The notes under the pieces: model-generated | The model's input: only the letters and a program-made list of their open reading frames with translations | The model's database searches: none | Told to the model about the DNA's origin: nothing | Position numbers and translations under genes: made by a program | Source of the DNA: Eledone cirrhosa | Lineage: Eukaryota | Assembly: GCA_964016885.1 (NCBI GenBank) | Contig: OZ024744.1 | Location: 123,442,001-123,506,000, forward strand | Reading direction: 5' to 3' | DNA: 64,000 bases | In this document: positions 11,260-24,462 of the stretch, one piece after another | Numbering within the stretch: the first letter of the stretch is position 1 | Layout of the letters: every line of letters starts with the position of its first letter

Positions 11260-13900
11260 CAGTGGCGTAACTAGCTTTTAAAGCCGGGGGGGGGGGATTC
11301 AATCTAAAAGGGGCCCACCAATTCCATACGCTCATTTCCATCGGCTGCAAGGAAATATATTCATACACGCATATAGAATAGATAATAATTTATAATAGAG
11401 TAGACAGCATCATAGATTATAGAGTTAGCATGTTCCGTGAAAACTTTATTAACTGCGAAGACGGTGGTCTATCTTCAGAAAAAAAAAACATACAATAAAA
11501 CTAGTTTTGCAATCGATTATTCACCAACAAAAATTCGTATGTACAACAAATCGTCCATCTAAAACTTTACTTTCACATTCGAGCACATCACTTGTTCTAC
11601 AGTTCTAATTTGCGATGTTTTACTTTAGAAAATTTTTCAATCACGTTGCTGAAGTCAATTTTTTCAGCCAGTTCTCGCTCTATGTACATCATTACCAGAG
11701 CATTCAACCGCTCTTCACTCATGGTACTACGTAAATAATTATTTATCAGTTTGAGCCTGCTGAAGGTTCGCTCAGCCTGCGCCGAACTAACCGGAATAGT
11801 TATGAACATTTTGTATAAGGCAAACACGTTCGGATAGGCTCTATCTAAGTCATTAGAAATCATAAACGGAACGATCTCAGAACTCGATATGGATTTATCT
11901 AAACACACTTCCTTGTAAAAATCTTTGAATGATAAATACTCGTCGAAGATAGTGTCATTTTCGATGTCACCCTCGTAGAATTTCACAAGATTATCGATTC
12001 TCTCTCTATTGTATGTGTCGTCGTCGTCGAAGTGCGCCGGTATCAAGCACGAACAATCCTTCACTAGATCGTGCAAGTCGGCAAAGCGTTCGTTAAAGCT
12101 ACTAATGATTCTATCTAAGATAGTGAAATAAACGTCCCGTTTAAAAGGCTGACTCATCGTCTCATGAGGTTCGTCACTGGCATTTTCGACATGAAAACGC
12201 TTCTTTTTTCTTTTCCGTTTTTCTGTTGTAAACTCTGGTTCAACTTGACATTGATCGGCGAGATTTTTAGCGTCTGATGATATTTGGTCAAAATATTCAT
12301 TTGAGCGGATTTCTTCAATTTCTTTTACTACATTTTTAATCATGACGTCCGCGGAATATAAGTCGATAGCCTCCTTCTGCAAATATTGTGAAACAGAATG
12401 CAGCTTTTTAAATTCTGAAAAAACTTCAACATGAAAATGAATTCAAACTTGCTCACATTTAGTAGCAAACCTCTGACCTCGGCTAATACTTTCGGAGCAG
12501 TGTTGTGAACATCCTCACTTATTATCCTCTCTATTGCACTTATTACTGCCGGTAAGTTGTTAATGGTAGCCTCTACAGCCTGAATGTGACTAAACCAGCG
12601 GGTATCTGAGAGTCTTTTTAATGTTAATACCGTTGAAGTCAATAGTTTTTCTTGTTCTTCTTTGAGGATTTTCAGCCTTGGCAAGCTTGATGTTAAGAAA
12701 ACATACAGGCTCTCCAATATACCAAAAAATAATTTACCATCCACTGACGATTGGTCATCATCGATTAACACCAGGTTCAGGTTATGAGCGCAACAATGGA
12801 CGTAAACAGCTTTCGAAGAACATTCCTCTTTAACTCTAGCCTGAAGCCCAGATATATGGCCGGACATATTCGACGCTTGTCCCCTAATATATTGAGCATC
12901 CAAGGATAGATCCTGGAAAAGAACTTTCACAAGCGTATCGTAAAATGATTCAGTGGCTGCTGATTCTAGTTCACAAAACGACAGGAAATGCTCCTGTGCG
13001 TGGCCACTTTTCGATACATATCGCAGTGACACAGAGCATTGATCCTGATGCGAAATGTCTATTGTGGAATCGACGATGACTGAATAGTATTTTGCCGCTT
13101 TCACTTCCGTGATTATTTGTTGAGTACATTCGTTTGCCAGGCATTCTATGAATTCGTTTTGTAATTTTGGACTTAAGTACATAGGCTGTCTTTTAGTGCG
13201 CCCAGGCGAGAATAAATGGCTTTCCAAGATCGTATCATACTTGGCCATCAATTTCAACAATTCAATAAAGTTTCCTTCATTTTCTGATTTGGCGCCAAGT
13301 CCAGCATATTCCCTGTGACCTCTGAAGGCCAGGCCTTGTTTTGCGAGAAATAACGTACAATCAAGCAATCACCTCAATATCTGGTGATTTCGTTCAATTC
13401 GCTTCTTCTCTTCATGGATGAGGTTATCGATAACTGTTTTATCTGCGTCCAAACGATATTTTGTCATGAAGTATTGCTTTTGTGCATTGATGTGAATGGC
13501 ACTTTTCTCATGCTTGGCAATTTTTTCGATTCCCTTTTTGAAGTTTGCCATCCCACACTCTGGATTACCCCAAGTCTTCGAGTAAGATTCGGCATTTTTA
13601 TCAGCAAACAGCCAACAACAAAAGCAATATAGTCTGTTGGATTCAGGAGAGTATACTAACCAGTGTCGGTCAACTTTATGGATTCCAGCACACTTTCTCT
13701 TGTACCAACTGATGTTGAATTTTCTGTGGTTCGAGTCGAGAGGGAAATCAGCAAAATTATCTTTCAATCCTGGCTGACAAGGACCAAAGGCCATGAGAGC
13801 GTGAATTAGAGGTGTCGTCAATGGTCTGTCCTCTAAAAACAAAACAGAGCAAAAGTCCAGGAAATGTCGCAAATACCAAATTGTTCTAAAATGTGACTAA
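11260..13900 (-). mobile_element. hAT DNA transposon (Tip100/ZMYM1-like); only one terminus found
   Basis: Terminus CAGTGGCGTAACTAG at 11260 with GGGGCCC subterminal motif. No matching second TIR seen. Confidence 0.8.
11597..13872 (-). pseudogene. hAT transposase (TTF-type zinc finger, DUF4371-like region, dimerisation domain) with one in-frame stop and one frameshift
   Basis: Motifs WLVYS..LYCFCCWLF, GLAFRGHRE, YYSVIVDSTIDISHQDQ, HCCAHNLNL, LSDTRW and SSAQAERTFSRLK..LRSTM. TGA at 13369-13371 joins two in-frame ORFs. Confidence 0.92.
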
Positions 13901-14134
13901 TGATAAAAAGTAACAACATAAATAAAAATATTATATATATTTTTTCTATATACACACAATATATAGATATATATATATTTGTGTGTATATACTCATGCAT
14001 AATTATACTTTTAATTAAATATTAGGTTTAAAACCTGAGTATCGAGAATAACATAAGCATGCATTACAACATTTCAAACAAATAGAATAATATAGAATTT
14101 AGATATCAAATCATTTATTTATATTTATTTATAT

Positions 14135-14420
14135 TTACAAATCAAAGAATATAATAATCGGTTTTGAATGAGATCCCTGTGATTGATGCAATGCTACTAA
14201 TTTGTCAATGTTTGGTGTGAAAGCCGTTAGAGAGAGTCGTAAATCACCTCTTCTTTCTATATCAAGGCGATTTTGACTTTTTGAAAGCAGGTGCATCATC
14301 TGACTGAAACCTGACTCAACTAAATAAGATTTGGGCAAAGCAAGTAAAAAATATTAACGTTTTTATTCGACGGAATATTGTCTACACTTTTTTTTAGATG
14401 CAGTTGCCATTTTATCCGAA
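14135..14420 (-). mobile_element. C-terminal fragment of a Buster/Charlie-type hAT transposase
   Basis: SYLVESGFS..LLSK..NRLDIERRGDLRLSLT..PNIDKL..HQSQGSH matches the recalled Buster/SCAND3-like C-terminus. Confidence 0.75.
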
Positions 14421-14835
14421 ATATTATATTTTTTAAATAAACAAGAGATTGGTCTTAACTTCTAGTCTTATTAGAGATTAAGCGTTTTCTTTACGTTGTT
14501 GTAGTTAAGGATTCGTAATTACATGTGTAATAAGTTATGTGTTTAGAATTATAGCCTAGGGGGCCCACCTAGACCGACAGGAAAGCCAGGAAAAGTTCAT
14601 GGAAGAGATGTGATTCAAATTCTCCTCCACGGTTAGTGGTGATCGTGGAAGGGACACCGTATCGCGAAATCCAGCCAGACATCAGAGCTCGTGTTACGAT
14701 TCTGCTGAAATCTCTTCGAGAGGAATGGCTTACGGTCGATACACGTAAGAAGGTATGTATATCCATGACTGACCGGCCAAGGTCCAACTAGGTCGATATG
14801 AATATAGTCAAAGCGAGCATCAGGAGCGTTGAATG

Positions 14836-15252
14836 TATAACAGGGTTACTGGGTTGTATGAATATAACAGGACACTAGGTTGTATGTACAATGTTTATTT
14901 AACAAGGTTGAGCTATGTAGTGCAGAATAGTTGACATGCCAAGAGTTGATGAAAGGATGAATTAAAGTTAGTTGTGTTACCGTTTTGAAGTCATCTCGCA
15001 AGAGAGCAAGTGGTCTTTACATTACCATGTTCAGGTTGCCAGAGAGTAGAGCCTCGGCGAATGCGCCTGGCCGAAGGGCCAGGCAGGTTAGAAGAGAGGG
15101 AGATAGCTCTGAGCTCTCTCCTTTATAGGGGTCCCTGGACGGAAGTGACGAAGAAGGCTCTGCCACCTCAACGGGAAGTAACTCCGGCTACTTCCTGACT
15201 AGAGAGCGCTACTGATGTGATCGTCACAACAAGGGAGGCAACTCTTGCTACA
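14836..15252 (-). mobile_element. Solo LTR inserted in the integrase of A
   Basis: TGTAGCAAG...GTTATA with perfect TSD AATG (14832-14835 / 15253-15256). Confidence 0.92.
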
Positions 15253-16591
15253 AATGTACCCAGAGGTGCTCGAATGTGTTTGTGCACCTTAGACTCCTGG
15301 CAAGGTATGCAGGAACGAGACCATGCAGTGATATCTCGTCTCATATTTGGCCAAAAGAATCTAGCTATAATGAGTTTCACTGATGAATGGATTCCAGGGT
15401 GTGAGAGGTTGTGTAACGTGTCGAAAACTGTTCGCCGATGAAGTTCCGGAACGAAGGGTCGAGGTGAATCAGTCGATACGTCACACAGGATGCTTGTGTC
15501 AGAATTGTGTAAAGGTAATTGTTTGAATTTGCACGTCGCAAATTCGGTTGCAGATAAATCCAAATCGTCCAAAGCAGGCTGGTCAGCAGCGAGCAAACGT
15601 AGATCAATATCAGTTTTTGTCGATAATGAGTTGATAGGTAAACGAGATAATGCATCTGCCGCTAAATTCTGTGATCCAGGAATATGGTGTATATCACTAG
15701 TGAATTGTGATACATAATCTAAATGTCGAGTATCTTTCGGGTTTCGCTTTGAGAGAAAATGTCAACGAATGCTGGAAGTGTTTGATTGCCAAGTACATCG
15801 CTAACAGTTCTCTGCCGAAAGTACTGTATCGGGTTTCAGCGGGTTTAAGCTGTTTTGAGAAATATGCAAATGGTTGCATCTTCTGGTTGTGGTACTGTTG
15901 CAAAACTGCACCTACTGCTGTGCCTGATGCATCAACGACCAGTGAAAACTGGGCATCAGGCACAGGATGTGCAAGCAGGGTGACATCAGCTAATTCCTGT
16001 TTCACTCTGGAATAAGTTGAGCAGGGTCTAAAGAAATAGACTCGTTTTTCCTTCTTCGGTTCCGCAACAGTTCAGAAAGAGGTGCTATGCGCTCAGCACA
16101 GTGTGGAATAAAACGACGGTAATAATATAGCAGTCCCAAGAACTGACGTAATTGACGTAATGATGTAGGAGGAGGTAATTCTTGAAGAGCTTTCACTTTA
16201 TCCGGTGGAGGTGATATGCCTGTAGGACTAATGATATGTCCTAGAAAAACTAGCGAAGACGCACCAAATATACACTTCGCGGGGTTAATGCGAACTTGGT
16301 ACTTCTCAAACGTTGAAATAACAAACGAAGGTGTTTAACATGTTCCTCTGGAGGTGTGCTAGCAACGAGTACGTCGTCTATATAGCAGTAAACAAAATCC
16401 AGGTCTTTGGTGATTTCGTCCATGAAGCGTTGAAAGGTACTAGCGGTGTTGCGTAGACCAAAGGGCATCGTTAGGAACTCAAAATCACCAAAGGGTATAG
16501 TGATAGCAGTCTTCGGAATATCAGCTGGATTAAGTGGCATCTGATGATACGCTCTGACTAAATCCAGTTTAGAAAAAACTGTGCATCCATG

Positions 16592-16830
16592 TTTAGGAGA
16601 TTAGTATCGGTGTACATATATGTATTATCAGAAATGACAATAAATGCCGGTGTGTGTTGTGACAGAAGTCAAATGAATTAATATAAATAAATGGTTACCC
16701 GTTGGTCACAACTCCTAGGCTGGAATGTGTAGAGAAGAACAGAAATCTTTTCTTGGAGGTGTTAGCATTTTCTTAGGCTGCCGGTGGCATTCTTCTTGAG
16801 TGGCGAAGGAAATGCGGCAGGAATTCTTCT
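16592..16830 (-). mobile_element. Truncated LTR of the element-E type inside the RT of A
   Basis: TTTAGGAGATTAGTATCGGTGTACATATA... matches 50281 and 56127. The other half is missing, along with adjacent RT sequence. Confidence 0.85.
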
Positions 16831-19305
16831 TCTTGCCAATCGCCGGAACGCTTTGGAACCAAACGCAAAGGAGAGGCCCACGGACTGGATGATCCCCAGC
16901 TGTAGCATGTGGTTAAATTCAACCTTCGCCGCTTTCAATTTCTCCGCAGAGAGGCGGCGAGGGCGTGAAAATACAGGAGCGCCAGAAGTTTCGATATAAT
17001 GTTTTGTGGAGGGAGTTGGCTTGCTCACCACAAAATTCAAATTTGTCAATTTCGAGAAGGAATTTAGAAGCGACTAGAAAGGGTCCTCGGAAGCGGCGAT
17101 GAAGAATACCAGGCTGATAGATGAGACAGTAGATCTCAAACCCGGCGTCTGCGCATATCCACTAAGAGGTTATAGTGGTGCAGGACATCTGAGCCTAGAA
17201 CAGGGTAAGGTAAATCAGCGACCGTGAAAATCCACATGAAGTCTCTTCGCAATTCCAGGTTCAAAGAACGAGAAATTTGACCATAAGTGGAAATAGGAGA
17301 ATGATTTACGGCTTGCAGAGAAATGGATGAAACTGGCGGCTTCTCTTTGAGAAGTTTTAGCAGCCATATGCTGCAAGCAGCGCCTGTATCCACCAGACAT
17401 CGTGCTTGGGAAAAAGTGTCAGTTATGAAGAATGCACGATTATTTGGGAGTGTCAGAGGAGACAGTGCTGTGCTCAGGTCTCCTGAAATTCGTTTCCCTG
17501 GTTGGAAAAGGAACAGGGCGCCAAAACGGCTGTGATAGTAGCACAGTCCTGGTTTGTTTGTGTGGCGGCGGCGTAGCGAGGGCGAACGGCTCTGTAAACG
17601 ACGTCTGGGCGATTGAGCCCTGGAGAAACTCAATCTTCTCACCTCTTTGGTGAGTTGTGCTATGGCTTGAAGAATTGCCGTAGACGTGAACGACTGATCG
17701 GTGGGAACGGCAGCCGCTAGAGAGAACGAAGAGACCTCAGCCGGCGGCTGAGGTGTAGCGAAGGAGGCAGGCTTTCCTGTGAAACTCATTATTTTGTCCG
17801 CCGAAGACGCCAGTTGCTCGACTGAGCTAGTCTCCATCATAGGTGACAATATCACCTGGACATTGGGCGGCAGCCTCGAAAAGATAAGCTGTCTCATGAG
17901 GGCGCTGTCAGCTGGAGGGTCCTCCGCCAGTTATTTCATTCGATGCAGGAACTGGCTCGGCGTCCGATCACCCAAAGCGGGAAAGCACTCAAAATAATAT
18001 GTAGTTGTCTGTCTTCGGACGTTATGCCATTCGTAGCAAAATGCGATTCAATCTGTGCGAACCAGACACGGACGTCGCCTGCAAACGCTGGCAATGAAGT
18101 GCTACCCATCGTGAATTAAGGTATGCCAGTAAGCAATAGAGAACAACAGGGAAAATGCAGGCCAAAAAGAATCCAAGGGAAAAGAAAAATATAAAATAAA
18201 AACAATGATATTTTCTTTCGTTGTTGAAGAGACAAATGTTAAGAATAAAAAAAAAATTTCTTTTCTTTTATATTTTTCAAAATGGCGTTACCCTAAAGTC
18301 AATTTGATGGGAAAACAAACGAAGAAGCCGGCCATTATGAGCTCTCCGGAAATGAAGGCAAAAATCTTTTTTTAATATGGCGTCACCCAATCAGAATTTG
18401 GGCGGGAAACATGAATTTTGAAGACGGCCGGCGCCATGATGGATTTCCCGTGCAATATTTTGATTTCGAGACAGTAAAAAAAATAAATACCATAACTCAC
18501 GCTGTCGCGTACATTTCCCGACAAATCCATATGAATTTTGATTTTCTTTTTTTTAATCATATATTTCGATCGAGCTGCTGCTATGGTATGTGCCCATCAG
18601 AGAGAGAAAACATTTTTTTTGTTGTCCATAATTTTCATGTTATCGGTTCCAAATTTGTTTTGTATAAAGTAAATCCGTATCACCATTTATTGTGGTGAGT
18701 GGCATGTTCATCACGTCGGGAGGTCACCATTTATAACGTGGATTACGTGTCGCTGGAGATATTAATATAGTTATCGATTCAGAAGGCAATGACGAAAACG
18801 ACATCATCCATTATAACAAAAATTCCCTTTTATTTGTTGTACAAATATGGAATCGAAATAACAAGAGAAGGTTGAGCAAGTCTTCACATCGTGTTGGCTG
18901 CATATTCCAGATGTGAAAGAATCTGGCATATCAAATGTCGGACGTCCTGATGCTACCAGGTCGTTCAGCGAACTCTGTGTCTCTGGTCCAAGTAGTCCAG
19001 CAACTTGTCTCGATTCGTTGAGGGCTTTGATTGGCTCACACTTCAGCCAATTTACCTCTGTAACACCATTCTTCCGCCAAAGGAAAATACATTTAATTCT
19101 GTTCACTACATATGCAGCACAGCCCTCAAGTATTTTATGCAACTTTACGCACACCCCAATAATGTCCGGTCCCCCTCTGCATCCTTGTCATGTATACATT
19201 CCTTTTTCCAGCATTTTATTTTATATTATATTATTTTATTTTATGTACATACAGGCATTTTTTAAATATATATGTGCCACCCAAGTTATATGTGATTAGT
19301 GCAAG

Positions 19306-21816
19306 GATACTATGCGGCTATAACATTTATGCATATTGTGCAAGGCTTATATCGACACATGATCAGGTTGGGTCCAAGTCTCTAGAACATTGTCCCATAT
19401 AATACTATGTGCACAGCTGCACATGTGTGTACGGATGGGAGGGTATTCATCAAGTATGCGCCCTCGATATGAACGTGCGCGGGTACATGTATGTATGTGC
19501 GTCCACGCAGATATGGGTGGATGTGTATAACGTTTAATTAATTATTTGCCGTTATGTAGGAATAGAATGGTTGACAAGTCAATGAAAGTAGATGAAATAG
19601 GAAGTAAAGTGATTTGTTACCGTTTCGAAGTTAGCTCGCAAGAGACCATGTTAGGGTTGCCAGGCGGACGCGCCTGGCCGAAAGGGCAAATGAGAGACAG
19701 AGAGCTGAAAGTTATTCCCTTGATAGGTGCTGGGACGGAAGTGACAAAAAGGGCTCTGCCACCCCAACGGGAAGCAACTCCAGCTACTTCCTTTTTAGAG
19801 AGCGTTACTCTATTGGTGATGTGCTCGTCACAACAAGGGAGGCAACTCTTGCTACATTATCTCCCGCCAGATTTTTAAAATATAAAAATCAAATGAAACA
19901 TGTATGGAGTAAGATGGCGAGCATGTAACAGGCATGAAAATTACGAAAAAAATAATGTTTGCAATAAAAGGAAAACAGCAAAAAATATGCATGCAAAAGT
20001 CAATGATAGATATCAAGGTAGCCAACCGCTCTTGGCCAGAGAACGACTGGACATCTATCTATCCGTCACTCAAAGATACAATGTAATCAAAGTAAAAGAA
20101 GAGGTCAAAGTTCAAATGTTCAAAATACAGTTCACGTGTGTGCAATCACATGACAGCAGGAAAGAAAGTGTGTTCCAGAGAATGTATGCAGGTGGTTTCT
20201 GGTCTGTGGTATAACGTGAAATTTCCAACCTCCGAAGGGAATTTCTCACAGGAAGAGTGCTGCAAAAATAAATTCTCTGGCTTGTTCTGCTGGTTTTGGT
20301 TGTTGATGAAGCTGTGTTGTTGTTGTCTCGCGGGAAATTTTCCTAGAAAAATTGGGTTGCGCAAAGTGCTAGAAATAACAGCCAAAGTTGATGGTCCATG
20401 TTGAGAATGCGTTGGCCTGGAAGGGTCAAGAGGCCAGCGACCAAAGAAATAAGCATTCTGAATAAATGCGCAGTTTTCAGCGGCAAATTTACGTGGTAAA
20501 TTTTTAAACCGGCAAATAGGAGAATATAGCTTAAGGCTGGAGAATCCTTGGCGAGAAACATTATCCCTGGCGTGTGGTTATCCCAGTGAGTCGAGATGTG
20601 TGCTGCCTACACGTGCCGAAACAAGGTTAAGTTGAGAAAAAAAAAAATTTCTATTCCGCGAGAAAATGGCGCGAAAATGATAGTGCAACAGGTCGTTGGC
20701 AGCCATTTTGAAAAATGTGTGTGTGAACGTGACAATATGATGAAAAGGAAAGAAAGACTTCACTTAGTATAACAAATATGGCGAGTTCAATTTTTTTTGT
20801 GAACGATGAAAAAAAAAAAAACTTGGTGGAAAGAATAAGCAATAGTTGAGATTCATCGAAAATGTTCAAGTTGAAATGTGTAAATTAAAAAAAAATCAAA
20901 TTTCTTTTCTTTTTTTTTTAAAGTATTCGTTGTAAGAAGAAACGAAAAACATATATATACATCCAGTGAAATGCGACACTTAGTTGATGTACGACACGTG
21001 CGTGAGAGAAAAAGAGTCTGTCTGAACGAGAATTTCACATGTGCGTGTGTTCGTTTCTGTGTCTGCGTATTTTACTAGTTTGTTAATAAAGTTTGCTGCG
21101 TATTCGAAATGTTGGTCGACACATTCCAACGAAAATGGGGTACTGCCAATTAATTTTCTTTTTTCCATACTCACACAACACCAGATTCTGCTATTTTTTT
21201 CTTTTTTCGGGGTCACCACTTATAACAAAATACTGGTGTGTATGAATATAACAAGAGACGTGGTTTGTGTATAACGTTTAATTAATTATTTGCCGTTATG
21301 TAGGAATAGAATGGTTGACAAGTCAATGAAAGTAGATGAAATAGGAAGTAAAGTGATTTGTTACCGTTTCGAAGTTAGCTCGCAAGAGACCATGTTAGGG
21401 TTGCCAGGCGGACGCGCCTGGCCGAAGGCCAGGAGCCGAAAGGGCAAATGAGAGATAGAGAGCTGAAAGTTATTCCCTTTAGATGTGCTGGGACGGAGGT
21501 GACAAAAAGGGCTCTGCCACCCCAACGGGAAGCAACTCCAGCTACTTCCTGTCTAGAGAGCGTTACTCTATTGGTGATGTGCTCGTCACAACAAGGGAGG
21601 AAACTCTTGCTACACATGTATCCGCGCACGCTCATATCGAGGGCACATACTTGATGAATACCCTCCCATCCGTACACACATGTGCAAGTGTGCACATGGT
21701 GCACATAGTATTATATGGGACAATGTTCTAGAGGCTTGGACCCAACCCGATCATGTGGCGATATAAGCCTGAAAGTGCATGCACAATATGCATAAATGTT
21801 ATAGCCGCATGGTATC
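19306..21816. repeat. ~190-bp inverted repeat arms (19306-19489 and 21615-21816) enclosing element N2
   Basis: GATACTATGCGGCTATAACATTTATGC...GCGCGGGTACATG is mirrored as CATGTATCCGCGC...GCATAAATGTTATAGCCGCATGGTATC. Confidence 0.9.
19522..21614 (-). mobile_element. Non-autonomous LTR retrotransposon N2
   Basis: LTRs 21221-21614 and ~19522-19856 (outer ~45 bp missing). PBS TGGTGACCCCG at 21208-21218, PPT CTGGCGGGAGATAA. The ~1.36-kb interior is homologous to N1 and N3. Confidence 0.9.
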
Positions 21817-21968
21817 AACTATACACACTTTCCTGAGTACAGTGTGTGAGTGTAGATATGTGTATATCAACTATACACACTTCCCTGAGCTCAGTGTGTG
21901 AGTAGATATGTGTATATCAACTGTACACACTTCCCTGAGTACAGTGTGTGAGTGTAGATATGTGTATA
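21813..21968. repeat. Minisatellite, ~52-bp unit x3
   Basis: TATCAACTATACACACTTCCCTGAGTACAGTGTGTGAGTGTAGATATGTGTA repeated. Confidence 0.9.
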
Positions 21969-22412
21969 TTTACCAAAAATACCTTCGAAATAAATTTTTT
22001 TGAAAGGCTGTTCCAAGCATGAATTTAAAAACGTTCCTTGTACAGAGTTTTTTCTTTTTCCTTTTGAAATATGTATGTTTTCAGGTATTCTGCTGTGTTC
22101 TTGAAACGTTATGCTAAATATTTTTCTAATTTGATTTAAACATTCCCTCCAAACATTATTTACGGTGATCATAGCATACAATACAGTTGCGGGTGTGTAC
22201 GCCATCGGTGTAGAAGAGGGCGCCTAAAGACAGTGAAGACGTCGAAGTGCCGCCAGCAGTTCAAGCATACAGCCCTTTACCTACTACAGTAGTAATTCCA
22301 ACCTAAGAAACAAGTTTGATTGACAGGTGGAGAATAAAAAGAACCAAATAGTGGACAACCATGAGTGGCTAGAAATACCAATGACGTGTACAATTCTTGA
22401 CCACTCATAGAA

Positions 22413-23680
22413 TGACAATTTGACTCTTTCTCTAATTAATTGTGCTAGTACTCTTTCTGCCACTTTCATAACCTGATCCATCAGTTTTATACCCCTATAA
22501 TTGTTCCTCTCCAGAGCATCCCATTTACTTTTGTGGCTATTTATAAGAATACTGCTGCACCAGTCTTTGGGTATGACTCCGCCATATATAGCTTGATTGA
22601 TGATGCGTGCAACCAGTTTAGTTCCTACTTCTCCTGATGCCTTCAGCATCTCAGCAGCTATCCCCAAAGGTCCAGCAGCCTTACCACTTTTTATTTCTTT
22701 AATTGCCTCTTTGACCCTATAGTTGTCAACCTCAATAGCTGGTCCCTCTGTCGGATAGTTTCTCTCTCTCCCATTCATTCTCAACATTCATCAGTCTCTC
22801 ATAATAACATTTCCAGGCCTCCTTTTTCTCATCATTCGTGACACTAATTACACACTTATCTCCAACAACATCCTGATTTACACTGACACACTGCCTTGCA
22901 ATATGGAACACTTCACGTCTCTTGTCGCAGAACATTGGCAAACCTCCTACTCTCAGCTTCTCTGCGTGCTAAGTACACCTGATGTCTAGCTTCTCTTTTA
23001 GCGGCTGTATATCCTATTCTACTCCCACCCTTTTTCCAAGCCTTCCATGCTAGTCTTTTGTCTCTAATGGCTCTATCTACTGTGCTGTTCCACCACCAGG
23101 TCACTCTCTGTCTGGTTGGAGCTCTGCTCTAGCCACAGGTTTCTTCAGTAGCCTGCAGTAAGTTGTCTCACCAGAACTTCCAATTATCTTCTATACTATA
23201 CAATTCTAAATCATCTTCTTTTTTGTCATACACATCTTGAAGGGCTTTCCTAAATTTGTATTTTAGTGAAAGGTCTTTTAACTTCCAGACCTTTCTTCTC
23301 CACACCTTCCTGTATGTCTCATTCCATCTCTTGCTTACTGAGATATCACTAATGACTAACCTATGCTGTGGGGTACATTCTTCCCCGGAGTATGCCTTAG
23401 TATTTGACACCATCTGTCTGTTCTGCTGCCTAGGTAGCAAGAAGTCATTCTAGCTTATGTGCTCGCCTGATTTGTAGGTTATTAGGTGGTTGGTAGGTTT
23501 CTTGAAGTGTTGCAAATGGTTAGTTCACTTGCATCACAAAATTCAAGAAGGAAGTCTCACTCCTTCTTCATTTCTTGAGCCGTAACCGTGCCCACCATGT
23601 ACGCCAGTGTAACCATCCTGGAACTGACCAACATGACCATTGAAGTTCCCTGCTAGCATAACGATGTCTCTGTCCTCTGT
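22413..23680 (-). mobile_element. RTE-clade LINE fragment (end of endonuclease to RT N-terminus)
   Basis: AGNFNGHVG, QHRLVISD, TWWWNSTV and KAAGPLGI..PKDW..NYRGIKLM. Confidence 0.88.
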
Positions 23681-24462
23681 CATTATATATATATTTAACG
23701 GCTCCAATCCTCTTGACTTGTTGAGCTCAGTGGCTATAATCCCTGCTCCTATTTCTAGTGGAGTTAATATCCACCTTGTGGATATCTATTGCCTGGGGTT
23801 TAACATTATTACACCGTGTCCTTCTCAGAACAACGGTCAAGTTGGTCTTAGCTGTGATATTCCCAGATATATTGATTTATTTACCATCTTCATTCTATAT
23901 TTGCCTTAGAATGGTGATACTAAACTTCTGAAGAGTACCTCAGACTCATCTGGTTTAATCATAATCTATAGTTTGTCTGCAATGATCAATTATATTGATG
24001 ATTTTTTTTATGATTGATTACATAGATTGATTTTTAGCTCCACTCTCAAGGTATGAAATAGCACTATAAGGTTTCTCTTATGATTCCACCTGAGTACATA
24101 TTCTTCTATAGAATATATATTTGGTATATATACAATATACTGTGTTTCTTGTACAATATATGGCTCTTTCTCTCTATATATATATATATCTATATATTAT
24201 GGCTCTAGATAAAGTCTATTGAGTTTACTTATTGAGAAACATAATAATCTAACATATTTGATATGTTTTGATTTATCATTTGTATGTATATATATATGTA
24301 TATATATATTTGTATGTATATATATATATTTGTATGTATATATATACAGATGTCCTGTAATTCAGCGCCGAAACATCTAAATCGTGGATTTTTTACAGCT
24401 GACGAAGGATTCTTTCTCCTTTCTTCTTTTCTCCTTTTGTTCAATCCTAACCACCATCCTAA

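Larger units (their letters stand above)
14569..18109 (-). pseudogene. pol: Element A gag-pol remnants, multiply frameshifted and interrupted
   Basis: gag start MGSTSLPAFAGDVRVWFAQ at 18109, CYYH knuckle remnant, LVDTGAACS, YIDD, VVDASG, integrase HNLSHPG..CIPCQ and WISRYGVP. Confidence 0.9.
5480..19110 (-). mobile_element. Gypsy element A (CsRn1/Kabuki clade), full span including nested insertions
   Basis: LTRs 18732-19110 and 5480-5911. TSD TATG (5476-5479 / 19111-19114). tRNA-Trp PBS at 18710-18729, PPT at ~5912-5922. gag-pol remnants lie between them. Confidence 0.9.

Noticed and set aside
11597-13872. Domesticated host ZMYM1-like gene
   Set aside because: It has a stop and a frameshift, retains a transposon terminus and is nested inside a Gypsy element.
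23925-23960. CTGAAGA motif
   Set aside because: No stem II closed by GAAA follows it.
24348-24410. Possible third hammerhead (CTG-TAATT-CAG..CGAAAC, CTGACGA)
   Set aside because: The core elements are not in a foldable order and stems I/III could not be built. At most a truncated remnant.
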